DNA from: Myxococcota bacterium
GTDB taxonomy: Bacteria; Myxococcota_A; Polyangia; Nannocystales; Nannocystaceae
DNA: 64,000 bases
Assembly (NCBI GenBank): GCA_039028615.1
Contig: JBCCHT010000041.1
Location: 44,132 to 108,131 of the forward strand
Direction of reading: 5' to 3'
Positions within the stretch are counted from its first letter, which is position 1, and each line of letters starts with the position of its first letter. Both the position numbers and the translations under genes were made by a program. Below, in pieces: positions 37,845-49,485 of this stretch. Under the pieces are notes generated by a model that saw only the letters and a list, made by a program, of their open reading frames with translations, did not search any database and was not told the origin of the DNA.

Positions 37845-40814
37845 CTATGCCGTCGCCAGGGCCCCGGAGAAGCGCTCCCGCACCGCGTCCACGCTCACAT
37901 CGACGACCGATGCACCACCCTGTCGCACGCGCAGACGTGCCTGGGTCGTAGGCGCGCCTACCCGACCGATCTCACGCAACCCATGCTCACCCAGCTGCGC
38001 GCGCACGGCGGGAAGATCGGCGTCCTTCACCGTGAGCAGCAAGCGCCCCGTGCTCTCGGACCACAGGGCCACTCCGGCGGGTAAATCCGTGCCGTCCAGG
38101 TCCACATCGACGTCGAGGTGCGCGGCCATCAACGTATGCGCCAACGCCAGCCCGAGACCACCGCGGCCGAGCACGTGGGCCGATGCGATGAGCCCGGCAT
38201 CACGGGCCGCGGCGAACGCCTGGTAGCGAGCGGCGAACGCCTCGGGATCGGTCCGCGGCACGTTGGGCAACGCCACGCCCGCGCGGCGGCTCGCCTCGCT
38301 GCCGCCCAGCTCGTCGCGCGTGTCTCCCAGAAGCAGCAGGTGGTCGCCGGCGTCTCGCGGCACCAAGCTCATCGCGCCCGAGACATCGGCCATCTGTCCC
38401 ATCACCGACACCAGCAGCGTCGGCGGGATCGAGATCTTGACGCCGTCGAGCATGGCGTCGTTCTTCATCGAGTCCTTGCCACTGATCAGCGGCAGACCGT
38501 AGGCCTCGCACGCCTCGCGCAGCCCGGCACAACACTCCACCAGCTGCGCCAGCTTGTGCGGACCATCGGGGGTCTTGTCGCTGAGGATCGGGTCGGGCCA
38601 GCAGAAGTTGTCGAGCGCCGCCAGTCGATCCCAGCGCGCGCCTACGGCCAGGGCCCGACGCACCGCTTCGTCGACCGCGGCCTGGGCCATCGCGTGCGCG
38701 TCGAGGTCCGAGTAGAAGGGATGCACGCCTTCGCCGAGCACCACCCCCTCGGGACGACCGTGACGCACGCGCAGCACGGTGCCGGCCGAGGGCACGTCCT
38801 GCTGCACGCCGACGAAGGGCTTGATGACCGACAGCCCCTTGACCTCGTGGTCGTAGTGCCGCGACAGCGGCTCGTCGCAGCTGAGGTTGGGTGCTCCCAG
38901 AAGCTCGAGCAGGCGCTCGCCCTGCCCTTGCGCCCCGCGGAGCTGCTCTACCACCACGGCGTCGGGCGGCTCGGTCGCGGGCGGCTCGTTGCGGGCGAGC
39001 AGCGACGCCTTGGGCCAGCCCTCGTGGAGGAAGCTCAGCGGCAAGTCGACGACCTGGGTGTCGCCGTGGCGCACGTCGAAGCGACCGTCATCGGTGAACT
39101 CGCCGAGCACGGTGGCCTCGACCTCGCGCAGCTCGGCCAGCGCCAAGAACTCGTCGAGCTTGCCGGGGCGGACCGCGATGGTCATGCGCTCCTGGGCCTC
39201 GCTGATCAGCGTCTCCCACGGGGCGAGCCCGGGGTACTTCAGCGGCGCCTTGGCCAGGTCGATGCGAGCGCCACCCGTGGCCTCGGCCATCTCGCCCACG
39301 CTGCTCGACAGACCGCCCGCGCCGTTGTCGGTCATGGCGCTCATCAGCCCGCGATCGCGAGCCTCGGCCAGCATGTCGAACATCATCTTCTGGGTGATCG
39401 GGTCGCCGATCTGCACCGCCTGCACGGGCGAGCTCTCGTCGAGCTGCACGCTGGAGAAGGTGGCGCCGTGGATGCCGTCCTTGCCGATCCGACCGCCGAC
39501 CATGACCACGAGGTCGCCGGGCTCGGTGTACTTCTCGTGGGTGGGCTGGCCCGCCGCCTCGACGGGCATGACGGAGACGGTCCCGCAGAACACCAGCGGC
39601 TTGCCGAGGTAACGATCGTCGAATAGCTCCCAGCCGCGGGCGTAGGGAATGCCGCTTTGGTTGCCGCCGTCGATGACCCCGTGGTGGACGCCGTCACGGA
39701 TGCGCCGCGGGTGCATCAAGCCGGTGGGGATCTTGCCCTCGTGGCGGGGATCGCCGAAGCAGTAGCCCCACACGTTGGCGAGCAGGTCGGCGCCACGCCC
39801 GGTGCCGAAGGAGTCGCGGTTGACCCCGACGATGCCGGTCATCGCCCCGCCGTAGGGGTCGAGAGCGGACGGCGAGTTGTGGGTCTCGACCTTGTAGACG
39901 ATGTGATCGGCGTCGGAGCAGCGCACCACGCCCGCGTTGTCGTGGAACACGGAGACGAGGAAGGGCGCGTCCTTGGGGTCGAGGCCCTCGCGCTGGCGCC
40001 GCTGAGCGACCGCCTCGGTGGTGCCCCGGATGTAGCGCTTGAACAGGCCCTCTTCGATCTGCTCGCGGTTGCCCTCGGCGTCGGTGTAGTCGATGGGCGC
40101 GGCGAAGATCTTGTGCTTGCAGTGCTCGCTCCAGGTCTGGGCGAGGCACTCGAGCTCGGCGTCGGTGGGGTCGCGCCCGCGCTCCACGAAGTGAGCCTGA
40201 ATGGCCTTCATCTCGGCCAGGCTCAGCGCCAGCATGCCCTGCTGGGAACGAGCCACCAGCGCCTCGTCGTCGGCCTCGCGCAGCGGAATGATCTCCACGG
40301 CGGGAGCCGCCTCGGTGCCCGCCGTCGGCACCTGCAGGTCGAGGGTACGCGGCACGGCCAGCACCCGGGCGCTCTCGATGAGTCGGTTGTGCAGCAGAGA
40401 ATTGGCCGCCTGCTGCACCTGAGCCTCGCTCAGGCCCTCGAACAGGTAGAGGGTGGAGGTATAGGCCCGGCCGTCGAGCGCCCGCCCCAGGCAGTCCTCG
40501 GCGGCCCGCTTGACGCTGGTGCCCACGCTGTCGGTGACGCCCGGACGCAGGCTCACCTGCAGCGCGATGAGCGAGTCGCCCTCACCGTCGGCGAGCACCC
40601 CGAGGCCTCCTCGATCCGCCACCGGATCGACGAGCGCGTCGGCCACTCGCTTCGCCTCGTCGTCGCTCAGGCCGAGGTCGAGGTGAATGACCCGCCGGGT
40701 TCGCAGCGACTTGGGTCGAAGACTCAGCCAGGTGTCCAAGCGCTGCACCGTCTGCACGGCCAGCGCATCGACCAGTCCAGGTCCTACCTCGATCTCGACG
40801 CGGTGGATCGCCAC
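37845..40814 (-). CDS. purL: Phosphoribosylformylglycinamidine synthase, synthetase subunit with an N-terminal PurS-like extension
   Basis: AQTWSEHCKHKIF, KVETHNSPS..DPYGGA.TG, GKDGIHGATFSS, DNGAGG, SEAQERM, LDNFCWPDP, ISGKDS; GTG at 40814 preferred as start. Confidence 0.95.
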   Translation of the reverse strand: MAIHRVEIEVGPGLVDALAVQTVQRLDTWLSLRPKSLRTRRVIHLDLGLSDDEAKRVADALVDPVADRGGLGVLADGEGDSLIALQVSLRPGVTDSVGTSVKRAAEDCLGRALDGRAYTSTLYLFEGLSEAQVQQAANSLLHNRLIESARVLAVPRTLDLQVPTAGTEAAPAVEIIPLREADDEALVARSQQGMLALSLAEMKAIQAHFVERGRDPTDAELECLAQTWSEHCKHKIFAAPIDYTDAEGNREQIEEGLFKRYIRGTTEAVAQRRQREGLDPKDAPFLVSVFHDNAGVVRCSDADHIVYKVETHNSPSALDPYGGAMTGIVGVNRDSFGTGRGADLLANVWGYCFGDPRHEGKIPTGLMHPRRIRDGVHHGVIDGGNQSGIPYARGWELFDDRYLGKPLVFCGTVSVMPVEAAGQPTHEKYTEPGDLVVMVGGRIGKDGIHGATFSSVQLDESSPVQAVQIGDPITQKMMFDMLAEARDRGLMSAMTDNGAGGLSSSVGEMAEATGGARIDLAKAPLKYPGLAPWETLISEAQERMTIAVRPGKLDEFLALAELREVEATVLGEFTDDGRFDVRHGDTQVVDLPLSFLHEGWPKASLLARNEPPATEPPDAVVVEQLRGAQGQGERLLELLGAPNLSCDEPLSRHYDHEVKGLSVIKPFVGVQQDVPSAGTVLRVRHGRPEGVVLGEGVHPFYSDLDAHAMAQAAVDEAVRRALAVGARWDRLAALDNFCWPDPILSDKTPDGPHKLAQLVECCAGLREACEAYGLPLISGKDSMKNDAMLDGVKISIPPTLLVSVMGQMADVSGAMSLVPRDAGDHLLLLGDTRDELGGSEASRRAGVALPNVPRTDPEAFAARYQAFAAARDAGLIASAHVLGRGGLGLALAHTLMAAHLDVDVDLDGTDLPAGVALWSESTGRLLLTVKDADLPAVRAQLGEHGLREIGRVGAPTTQARLRVRQGGASVVDVSVDAVRERFSGALATA

Positions 40815-40842
40815 GCGGGTCTTGTTCCCTTGGCTCACCCGC

Positions 40843-40867
40843 CTGTCAAGCGGGTGTCGCTTGACAG
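40843..40867. promoter_or_regulatory. Perfect inverted repeat containing TTGACA on both strands (operator and/or divergent -35 elements)
   Basis: CTGTCAAGCG-GGTGT-CGCTTGACAG; on + strand TTGACA (40861) - 17 nt - CACGAT (40884). Confidence 0.6.
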
Positions 40868-40962
40868 CGCGCCAGAAGCGCGACACGATGCTGATACGAC
40901 GCCGCTGGTCGCCCAAAACGGGAGATCACTGACGCGCCGTGCTCACAGCATGAGGTGAGAAA

Positions 40963-41514
40963 ATGACGCAGTCGGACGACGCGACCGCGACGGTTCCGAA
41001 TACCGAGTCCGCGGACAATGCCTGGGCCGAGTCCCTACGCGAGGTCATGTGCAAGGTCATCGCGACCCTGCCCGACCACGCGACCCTGGGCGAGCTCATC
41101 GAGGCCACGCGGAGTAACGGGGCCATGGCGCCCATTCTCGACGTCTTCACCGTGCAGGAGCTCATCGACGCCGCCAAAAAGCGCCCCAAGCCGCCGGCCA
41201 AGAGCAGCAAGGACGACGAGATCCAGTACGACGAGGACGGCAACCCGGTGATGGATCTCGACGCCGCCCCGGCCGTGATCCGGCGCCGGGCCGACGTGCC
41301 CGACGGAGATCTTCGGGTCCTGCGCACGCTCGCCGACCGCGGACCTCAGCGCGAGGTCGATCTCACCAACAACGCCAGCCTCACTGGCGAGCAGCTCCGC
41401 CTGCTCATCCGCCACCTCCGCAGCAAGGGTTTCGTGCACGTGGAGGGCAGTGGCGCCAAGCGCCGGCTGAAGATCACCCGCCACGGCAGCGCGTACCTGC
41501 GTCGCAACAGCTGA
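40963..41514 (+). CDS. Putative DNA-binding protein with a C-terminal winged helix-turn-helix
   Basis: RVLRTLADRGPQREVDLTNNASLTGEQLRLLIRHLRSKGFVHVEG...LKITRHG (MarR/ArsR-like wHTH); GAGGTG RBS. Confidence 0.8.
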   Translation: MTQSDDATATVPNTESADNAWAESLREVMCKVIATLPDHATLGELIEATRSNGAMAPILDVFTVQELIDAAKKRPKPPAKSSKDDEIQYDEDGNPVMDLDAAPAVIRRRADVPDGDLRVLRTLADRGPQREVDLTNNASLTGEQLRLLIRHLRSKGFVHVEGSGAKRRLKITRHGSAYLRRNS

Positions 41515-41576
41515 CCGATACAACCGACACCGCTCCCCTCTCCGGTCCGACTGCCCCGGCAGGGGCAACCAAAGAC

Positions 41577-41609
41577 GAACGCCGCGGCCCCTTCGGGCTC
41601 GCGGCGTTC
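41577..41609. terminator. Hairpin between convergent genes
   Basis: GAACGCCGCG...CGCGGCGTTC with a CTTCGG loop region. Confidence 0.7.
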
Positions 41610-41634
41610 CTCGTTTGCGCGTCGTGGGTTCGGC

Positions 41635-43191
41635 CTAGCCGATGCCGCCGACCGCGTCGGAGATCACACCGGTCAGGCAGCGAATCGCGGGGCTGAAGTC
41701 GGTGTCGCAGATGGACTCGATGCAGCAGCGAATCTGCTCTTCACCCTCTTCGTTGACGGTGTTGAGGCTCTCGCAGACCTCGCGGATACGCACCGGCGGG
41801 ATCGCCTGGCCCGTGAACTCGCCCTTGTCGTTGGTACCGGTGCAGCCGGGGCCGATGTCGCCGAACTCGAAGATCTTGTTGGCGGCGGTGGTCCCCGTGT
41901 CCCACTCCGCGGGAAGGATGTCACCCGCGGGATACGGGAAGGAGATCCAGTTGCGGTACAGCAGGTCGGCAGCACCACCCGCGGTGGGCTCGAAGGGCGG
42001 CTCGGGGTTGTGCGCCACGACCTCGGGCACACCGAGGATGCCGAGCATGATGACCTCGCGGTCCTGACCGGTGGCCAGGTAGTCGAGGTACGAGGTGTAA
42101 CGGCTGATCGGGTGGAGCACCTCGCTCTCGGACGAGGTGCAGCCGCCCTCGTAGAGCCCGTCCCCTTGCACGTCGGTGCAGGTCACGCCCGAGTTGAAGC
42201 AGATGGCCGACGTGGTCTGCGGCACCTGGGTCTCGGGGTTGATGTTCCAGTACAGGGTGTTGTCGATGTCGGTGAAGAACGAGTAGCCGTTCGGAGCCGC
42301 CACCGAGCAGTCCATCTCGTCGGTGATGACGACGATGCCGAGGATGGAGCCCTCGCGAAGGAAGCCGCGCGGCGTCTCGGCCCACTCGGGGTCTTCGTCG
42401 CAGGCCTCGTTCTGCGGGTTGTTCCAGCAGGCCGTCTCGTTGATGGCCTGAAGCATCGTCTCGAGCGGCGCCTCGTAGCCGCAACCGTCGATGCCCTGGG
42501 GGCCGATGCAGGACAGCGCCGCACCGACGTCGTCGTTGGGCACGTTGCTGAAGCCGGGGCCGAAGTTGATGAACTGGTCGCCCGGCGCGATGTCGGCGGG
42601 GCAATTCTCGGTGCACGCCTCTTCGATGATCTCGGGGTCCATCGGGTCCAGGCCGGTGAAGCGCTGGATACGAGCGTTGCAGCCCTGATAGACGGGCGCG
42701 CCTTTCCGAGGCACGTAGTCCGGCTTGTAAAAGGCCGTGCACAGCGGGTGACCGAAGTCCGAGGTGGTCACCATGATGTTCACGTTGGGCGTGACCGGGT
42801 TGCCCTCGGGATCCTCGAGGTCCTGGAGCTCGTCGACCAGCTGCTGGAAGTTGCGAGCGAGGTTGAGCTGCTCCTCACCCATGGTGCCGGAGTTGTCGAT
42901 GACGAAGAGCAGGTCGATGAGGTCGCAGCTTCCGTCGATGCTGCAGGCGACCATGTCGGTGTCGTTCGAGGCGAGGTCGAGAAGCTCTTCCTCGGTCTCG
43001 TCACCGTCGTCGAGATCGTCGGCGCCCGTCGTGTCCATCCCGGTCGTGGTCAGACCGGGAGGGGTCTCCGAGGTCGCGCCGTCGTCCGCCGCTGGATCGA
43101 TCCCATCATCACCGCACGCAACGATGACCGTCGCGCCGAGTCCCCAGGCCGCGATGGCCATTCCCAAGGTTTCAAGCTTTCGCATCTTCAT
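41635..43191 (-). CDS. Cys-rich VWA-domain lipoprotein, paralogue 1
   Basis: VIVAC lipobox; IDLLFVIDNSGTM (MIDAS-like), GCGYEAPLE, VITDEMDCS, CCIESICD. Confidence 0.85.
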   Translation of the reverse strand: MKMRKLETLGMAIAAWGLGATVIVACGDDGIDPAADDGATSETPPGLTTTGMDTTGADDLDDGDETEEELLDLASNDTDMVACSIDGSCDLIDLLFVIDNSGTMGEEQLNLARNFQQLVDELQDLEDPEGNPVTPNVNIMVTTSDFGHPLCTAFYKPDYVPRKGAPVYQGCNARIQRFTGLDPMDPEIIEEACTENCPADIAPGDQFINFGPGFSNVPNDDVGAALSCIGPQGIDGCGYEAPLETMLQAINETACWNNPQNEACDEDPEWAETPRGFLREGSILGIVVITDEMDCSVAAPNGYSFFTDIDNTLYWNINPETQVPQTTSAICFNSGVTCTDVQGDGLYEGGCTSSESEVLHPISRYTSYLDYLATGQDREVIMLGILGVPEVVAHNPEPPFEPTAGGAADLLYRNWISFPYPAGDILPAEWDTGTTAANKIFEFGDIGPGCTGTNDKGEFTGQAIPPVRIREVCESLNTVNEEGEEQIRCCIESICDTDFSPAIRCLTGVISDAVGGIG

Positions 43192-43675
43192 GGTCGTGAC
43201 GTCTTCCGTTCGTAGCGCCGCAGGCTCGAATGTTGGCGTCCGGGCTCGGCTTCCGAGGAAGCCGCTCATCTCCATGCCCCGAATCCAGGCACCAGTTTGG
43301 CAAAAGGGACCGGGAGCAAGCAAGCAATTGCGGCACGGACACGACGTGCGTTTTTCGGTCGCGGGCACCGCCCCTACCCTTGCCCACCTCGCATCGTGAG
43401 CTGCGGCACGACCGTCGATCGAGGTGTTGCTTCGGCACCGTGCACTGCCGCTCACATGCCGAAGTCACACGTCGAGGGTCGCTCACCGACTACGGCCCAA
43501 TAGCCGTCGAAAACAAAGGCCCGAAGCCACCAAAACTGGTGCACGAATCCTTCACCATCGACACGTGATTCCGACGACATCGTCGCTTTGTGCCGAAGTG
43601 GACGGGATCGGAACCGGGTTCCGCAGTCCCGCGGTGGCGTCTTTCGCAGTTGGGCTCAACGCATTCGAAACGACG

Positions 43676-43706
43676 GCACCGCTCGAGCCGGTGGCGCGAG
43701 CGGTGC
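43676..43706. terminator. Hairpin just downstream of VWA paralogue 2
   Basis: GCACCGCTCG...CGAGCGGTGC 10-bp stem. Confidence 0.5.
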
Positions 43707-43747
43707 GAAACGATTGCCGCGTGGGGCAACCGATGGCCACGGACCGA

Positions 43748-45256
43748 TCAGCCCGGAGTCGTGATGCTCTCCTGGATGATGCCGGTCAGGCAGCCGATGG
43801 CGGGACTGAAGTCCTGGTCGCAGATCGACTCGATGCAGCAACGAGTGTCCGCCGCCTCGGGGCCGAGGTTGAGGGACTCACACACCTCTTTGATGCGAAC
43901 CGGCGGGATCGCCTGACCGGTGAACTCGCCGAGGTCGTTGGTGCCGGTGCAACCCGGGCCGATGCCGAAGTCGAACTGCTTGTCGGCGGCCGTCTCCATG
44001 GCGTTGAACTCCTCGGGCAGGATGTCGCCGGTTGGGTACTCGCCGTCGCGCCAGTTCCGGTACTCGAGGTCGAACACGCCGCCCGCGATGGGCTGGAACG
44101 GAGGATCGGAGTTGCGCTCGGTGACCAGCGGCACGCCCAGGATGCCGAGCATGATGACCTCTTTGTCCTGGTTCTCGCGCAGCTCCTGGATGAGGTAGTT
44201 GGTGTAGCGCGTGATGGGCTGCAGGTGCTCGTCGGTGTTCGAGGTGCAGTTGGAGTACACGCCCATGGCGTCGGGGCCGTCGCAGGTGACGCCCGCGTTC
44301 CAGCAGATGGCCGAGCTCGCCGCCGGCATCCCGCTGTCGGGGTTGACGTTCTGGAACCCCGCGTTCTCCATGATGGTGTAGTCCTTCACGGAGCAGTCGG
44401 CCTCGTCGGTGATCATCGCGATGGCCAACAGGGCGTTTTCCCGCAGGAAGGGCCGCGAGCCCTGGTTCCACTCGGCGTCCGGGTTGAGCGCCTGGAGCAT
44501 GTTCTCCAGCGGCGACTCGTAGCCGCAGCCGTTGATGCCCTGCGGGCCCAGGCACGACAGCGCCTGAGCAGCCGGCGAGTCGAGCGTGCCGTCGCCGTCG
44601 ATGTCGACCGGCGTGACGCTGTCGGGAATGTTGTCGCCCTCGGGGTTGAACGCGATGTACACGTCCTCGGGCTCGACGTCGTTGGGGCACAGGTTCTCGC
44701 ACGCCTCGGGGACCGAGGTGGTACCCAGAAGGTCGGTGAAGTCCGTCAGCCGGGTACGGCACGACGAGTCGACCGGGGCTCCGCGCGCCGGGTCGTAGCC
44801 CTCGGGCTCGAAGGGCGTGCACAGCGGGTTGCCGAAGTCCGACGTGGTCACCATGATCTGGACGTCGGGATTGACCGGCATGCCCGCCGAGTCGGTCAGG
44901 TTCTCCAGCTGCTCGATGAGCAGCGGGAAGTTGCGGGCGAGGTTGAGCTGCTCCTCGCCCATGGTGCCCGAGTTGTCGATCACGAAGAGCAGGTCGATCT
45001 GGTCGGTGCACCCCGTGTCGCCGATGTTGCAGCCGGGATTCGTGCCGGAGCCGTTGCCCGCATCGAGCAGCTCGCCGGTGTCCTCTTCTTCGCCCGCCGT
45101 CATGCCATCGGCGTCGGTCCCCGCCGTCGCCCCCGGCAGCGGCAAGCCCGAATCCATGTTGCCGTCGTCGGAACTCCCCTCGGTGCCACAGGCCAGCGAT
45201 AGTGCGCCGACCGCCAAACCGGTGATGAACAGAGGTGTCAGGTCAAGTCGCTTCAT
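43748..45256 (-). CDS. Cys-rich VWA-domain lipoprotein, paralogue 2
   Basis: LSLAC lipobox; IDLLFVIDNSGTM, GCGYESPLE, MITDEADCS, CCIESICD; GAGGA RBS. Confidence 0.85.
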   Translation of the reverse strand: MKRLDLTPLFITGLAVGALSLACGTEGSSDDGNMDSGLPLPGATAGTDADGMTAGEEEDTGELLDAGNGSGTNPGCNIGDTGCTDQIDLLFVIDNSGTMGEEQLNLARNFPLLIEQLENLTDSAGMPVNPDVQIMVTTSDFGNPLCTPFEPEGYDPARGAPVDSSCRTRLTDFTDLLGTTSVPEACENLCPNDVEPEDVYIAFNPEGDNIPDSVTPVDIDGDGTLDSPAAQALSCLGPQGINGCGYESPLENMLQALNPDAEWNQGSRPFLRENALLAIAMITDEADCSVKDYTIMENAGFQNVNPDSGMPAASSAICWNAGVTCDGPDAMGVYSNCTSNTDEHLQPITRYTNYLIQELRENQDKEVIMLGILGVPLVTERNSDPPFQPIAGGVFDLEYRNWRDGEYPTGDILPEEFNAMETAADKQFDFGIGPGCTGTNDLGEFTGQAIPPVRIKEVCESLNLGPEAADTRCCIESICDQDFSPAIGCLTGIIQESITTPG

Positions 45257-45504
45257 TGGTCCGTCCTCATCGTTCGTGGCTCGACGACTCGTACAGTCAC
45301 CCTCCCCCGGCGACACGAGACTCGACCCTTCCGCATTGCTTACAGGCTACCACTTGCAACGGCGTCTGGGACCCTCTGCGTGCCGTTTTTTGGCCGTTTC
45401 GAAGATCCAGATTTCTTGAGCCGAATGCCCGGGGTGATGTCGTCCAATGGGAGAGTCTGGAGTTTTCCGGTGCCGGCCCATTGCCGGGGACCCGCCCGTC
45501 GGTG

Positions 45505-45540
45505 GCAGGTTCGTGGTGCAATGCAGCATCACGAACCTGC
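45505..45540. terminator. Long hairpin directly downstream of leuS
   Basis: GCAGGTTCGTGGTGC-AATGCA-GCATCACGAACCTGC: 15-bp arms, 1 mismatch, no U tract. Confidence 0.55.
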
Positions 45541-45551
45541 TCACTAGGGTG

Positions 45552-48245
<2,694 letters not shown>

Positions 48246-48369
48246 GGCGAGCCAACGCTAGGCCGTTTTTACGGCGTTTGCCAGGGGCACCACAGTGTGC
48301 GTTCCCATGGCCTCATTCGGGGTCATGGGAGCCCTTGCGAGGCCTCGGACCGGGCGCCATCGTACCGGC

Positions 48370-49428
48370 ATGCTGCGCTACCGATTGTTGGGACCCACGG
48401 GCCTCCGCGTCTCCGAGCTGTGCCTGGGCACCATGAGCTTCGGCGACCAGTGGGGCTTCGGAGCCGACGAAGCCACGAGCCACCAGGTACTCGACGCCTA
48501 CGCCGAAGCGGGCGGCAACTTCCTGGACACCGCCAACAAGTACCACGGGGGCCAGACCGAAGAGATCGTCGGGCGCTGGCTCGGCTCCAACCGCGACCGC
48601 ACGGTGGTCGCCACCAAGTACACGCTGGCCATGGATCACGCCGATCCCAACACCGCGGGCAACCATCGCAAGAACATGGTGCGATCGGTCGAGGACAGCC
48701 TGCGGCGGCTCGGCACCGACTACATCGATCTGTACTGGGTGCACGCGTGGGACGACTACACCCCCTACGAAGAGACGATGCGGGGGCTCGACGACTTGGT
48801 GCGCTCGGGCAAGGTCCTGTACGTGGGCGTCAGCGATACGCCGGCCTGGGTCGCGTCGGCCTCCAACGTGCTCGCCGAGCTGCGAGGGTGGACGAGCTAC
48901 TGCGGCCTCCAGATCGAGTACAGCCTGCTCGAGCGCACGCCCGAGCGTGACCTGCTGCCCATGGCCGAGCAGTTCGGCATGTCCGTGGTCGGCTGGGCTC
49001 CGCTGGGCGGCGGCGTCCTGACCGGCAAGTACACCCGCGGCGACGGCAAGGCCGAGGACTCGCGACGCGCCCAGGGCAACAGCGCCCGCGGCCGCACCAG
49101 CGACCGCAAGCTCGCGATCGCCCGCAAGGTCGACGAGGTGGCCGATGCGATGGGAGTCACCTCCGCCCAGGTCGCGCTCGCCTGGGTCCGCTCCCGGGGC
49201 TATCGCTACATCCCCATCGTGGGCGCACGGAAGGTCGAACAAATCAAAGACAGCCTCGGCGCCGCGACGATCGAGTTGAGCGACGAGCACCGCGCCGCGC
49301 TCGACGAGGTCAGCCGGATCTCGCTGGGCTTCCCCCACGACTTCCTCACCGCGGGGGCCGTGCTCGACCTGGTGCGAAGCGAGAGTCGAACGCGACTGGA
49401 CGGCCGCCCCGCTCGTGACGGAGGCTGA
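48370..49428 (+). CDS. Aldo/keto reductase
   Basis: GLRVSELCLGTM, GNFLDTANKY, VATKY, SLRRLGTDYIDLYWVH, QIEYSLL. Confidence 0.95.
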   Translation: MLRYRLLGPTGLRVSELCLGTMSFGDQWGFGADEATSHQVLDAYAEAGGNFLDTANKYHGGQTEEIVGRWLGSNRDRTVVATKYTLAMDHADPNTAGNHRKNMVRSVEDSLRRLGTDYIDLYWVHAWDDYTPYEETMRGLDDLVRSGKVLYVGVSDTPAWVASASNVLAELRGWTSYCGLQIEYSLLERTPERDLLPMAEQFGMSVVGWAPLGGGVLTGKYTRGDGKAEDSRRAQGNSARGRTSDRKLAIARKVDEVADAMGVTSAQVALAWVRSRGYRYIPIVGARKVEQIKDSLGAATIELSDEHRAALDEVSRISLGFPHDFLTAGAVLDLVRSESRTRLDGRPARDGG

Positions 49429-49485
49429 ATGAACCGAGCTGAACAAAGCGTGGCTCCACGCACCGCCTTCCGCTATCGTGGTGCC

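Noticed and set aside
43520..43660. Possible NtrC box (GCCACCAAAACTGGTGCA) and possible c-di-GMP riboswitch
   Set aside because: Spacing is one base off the NtrC consensus and the left half is imperfect; the GEMM core motifs could not be matched
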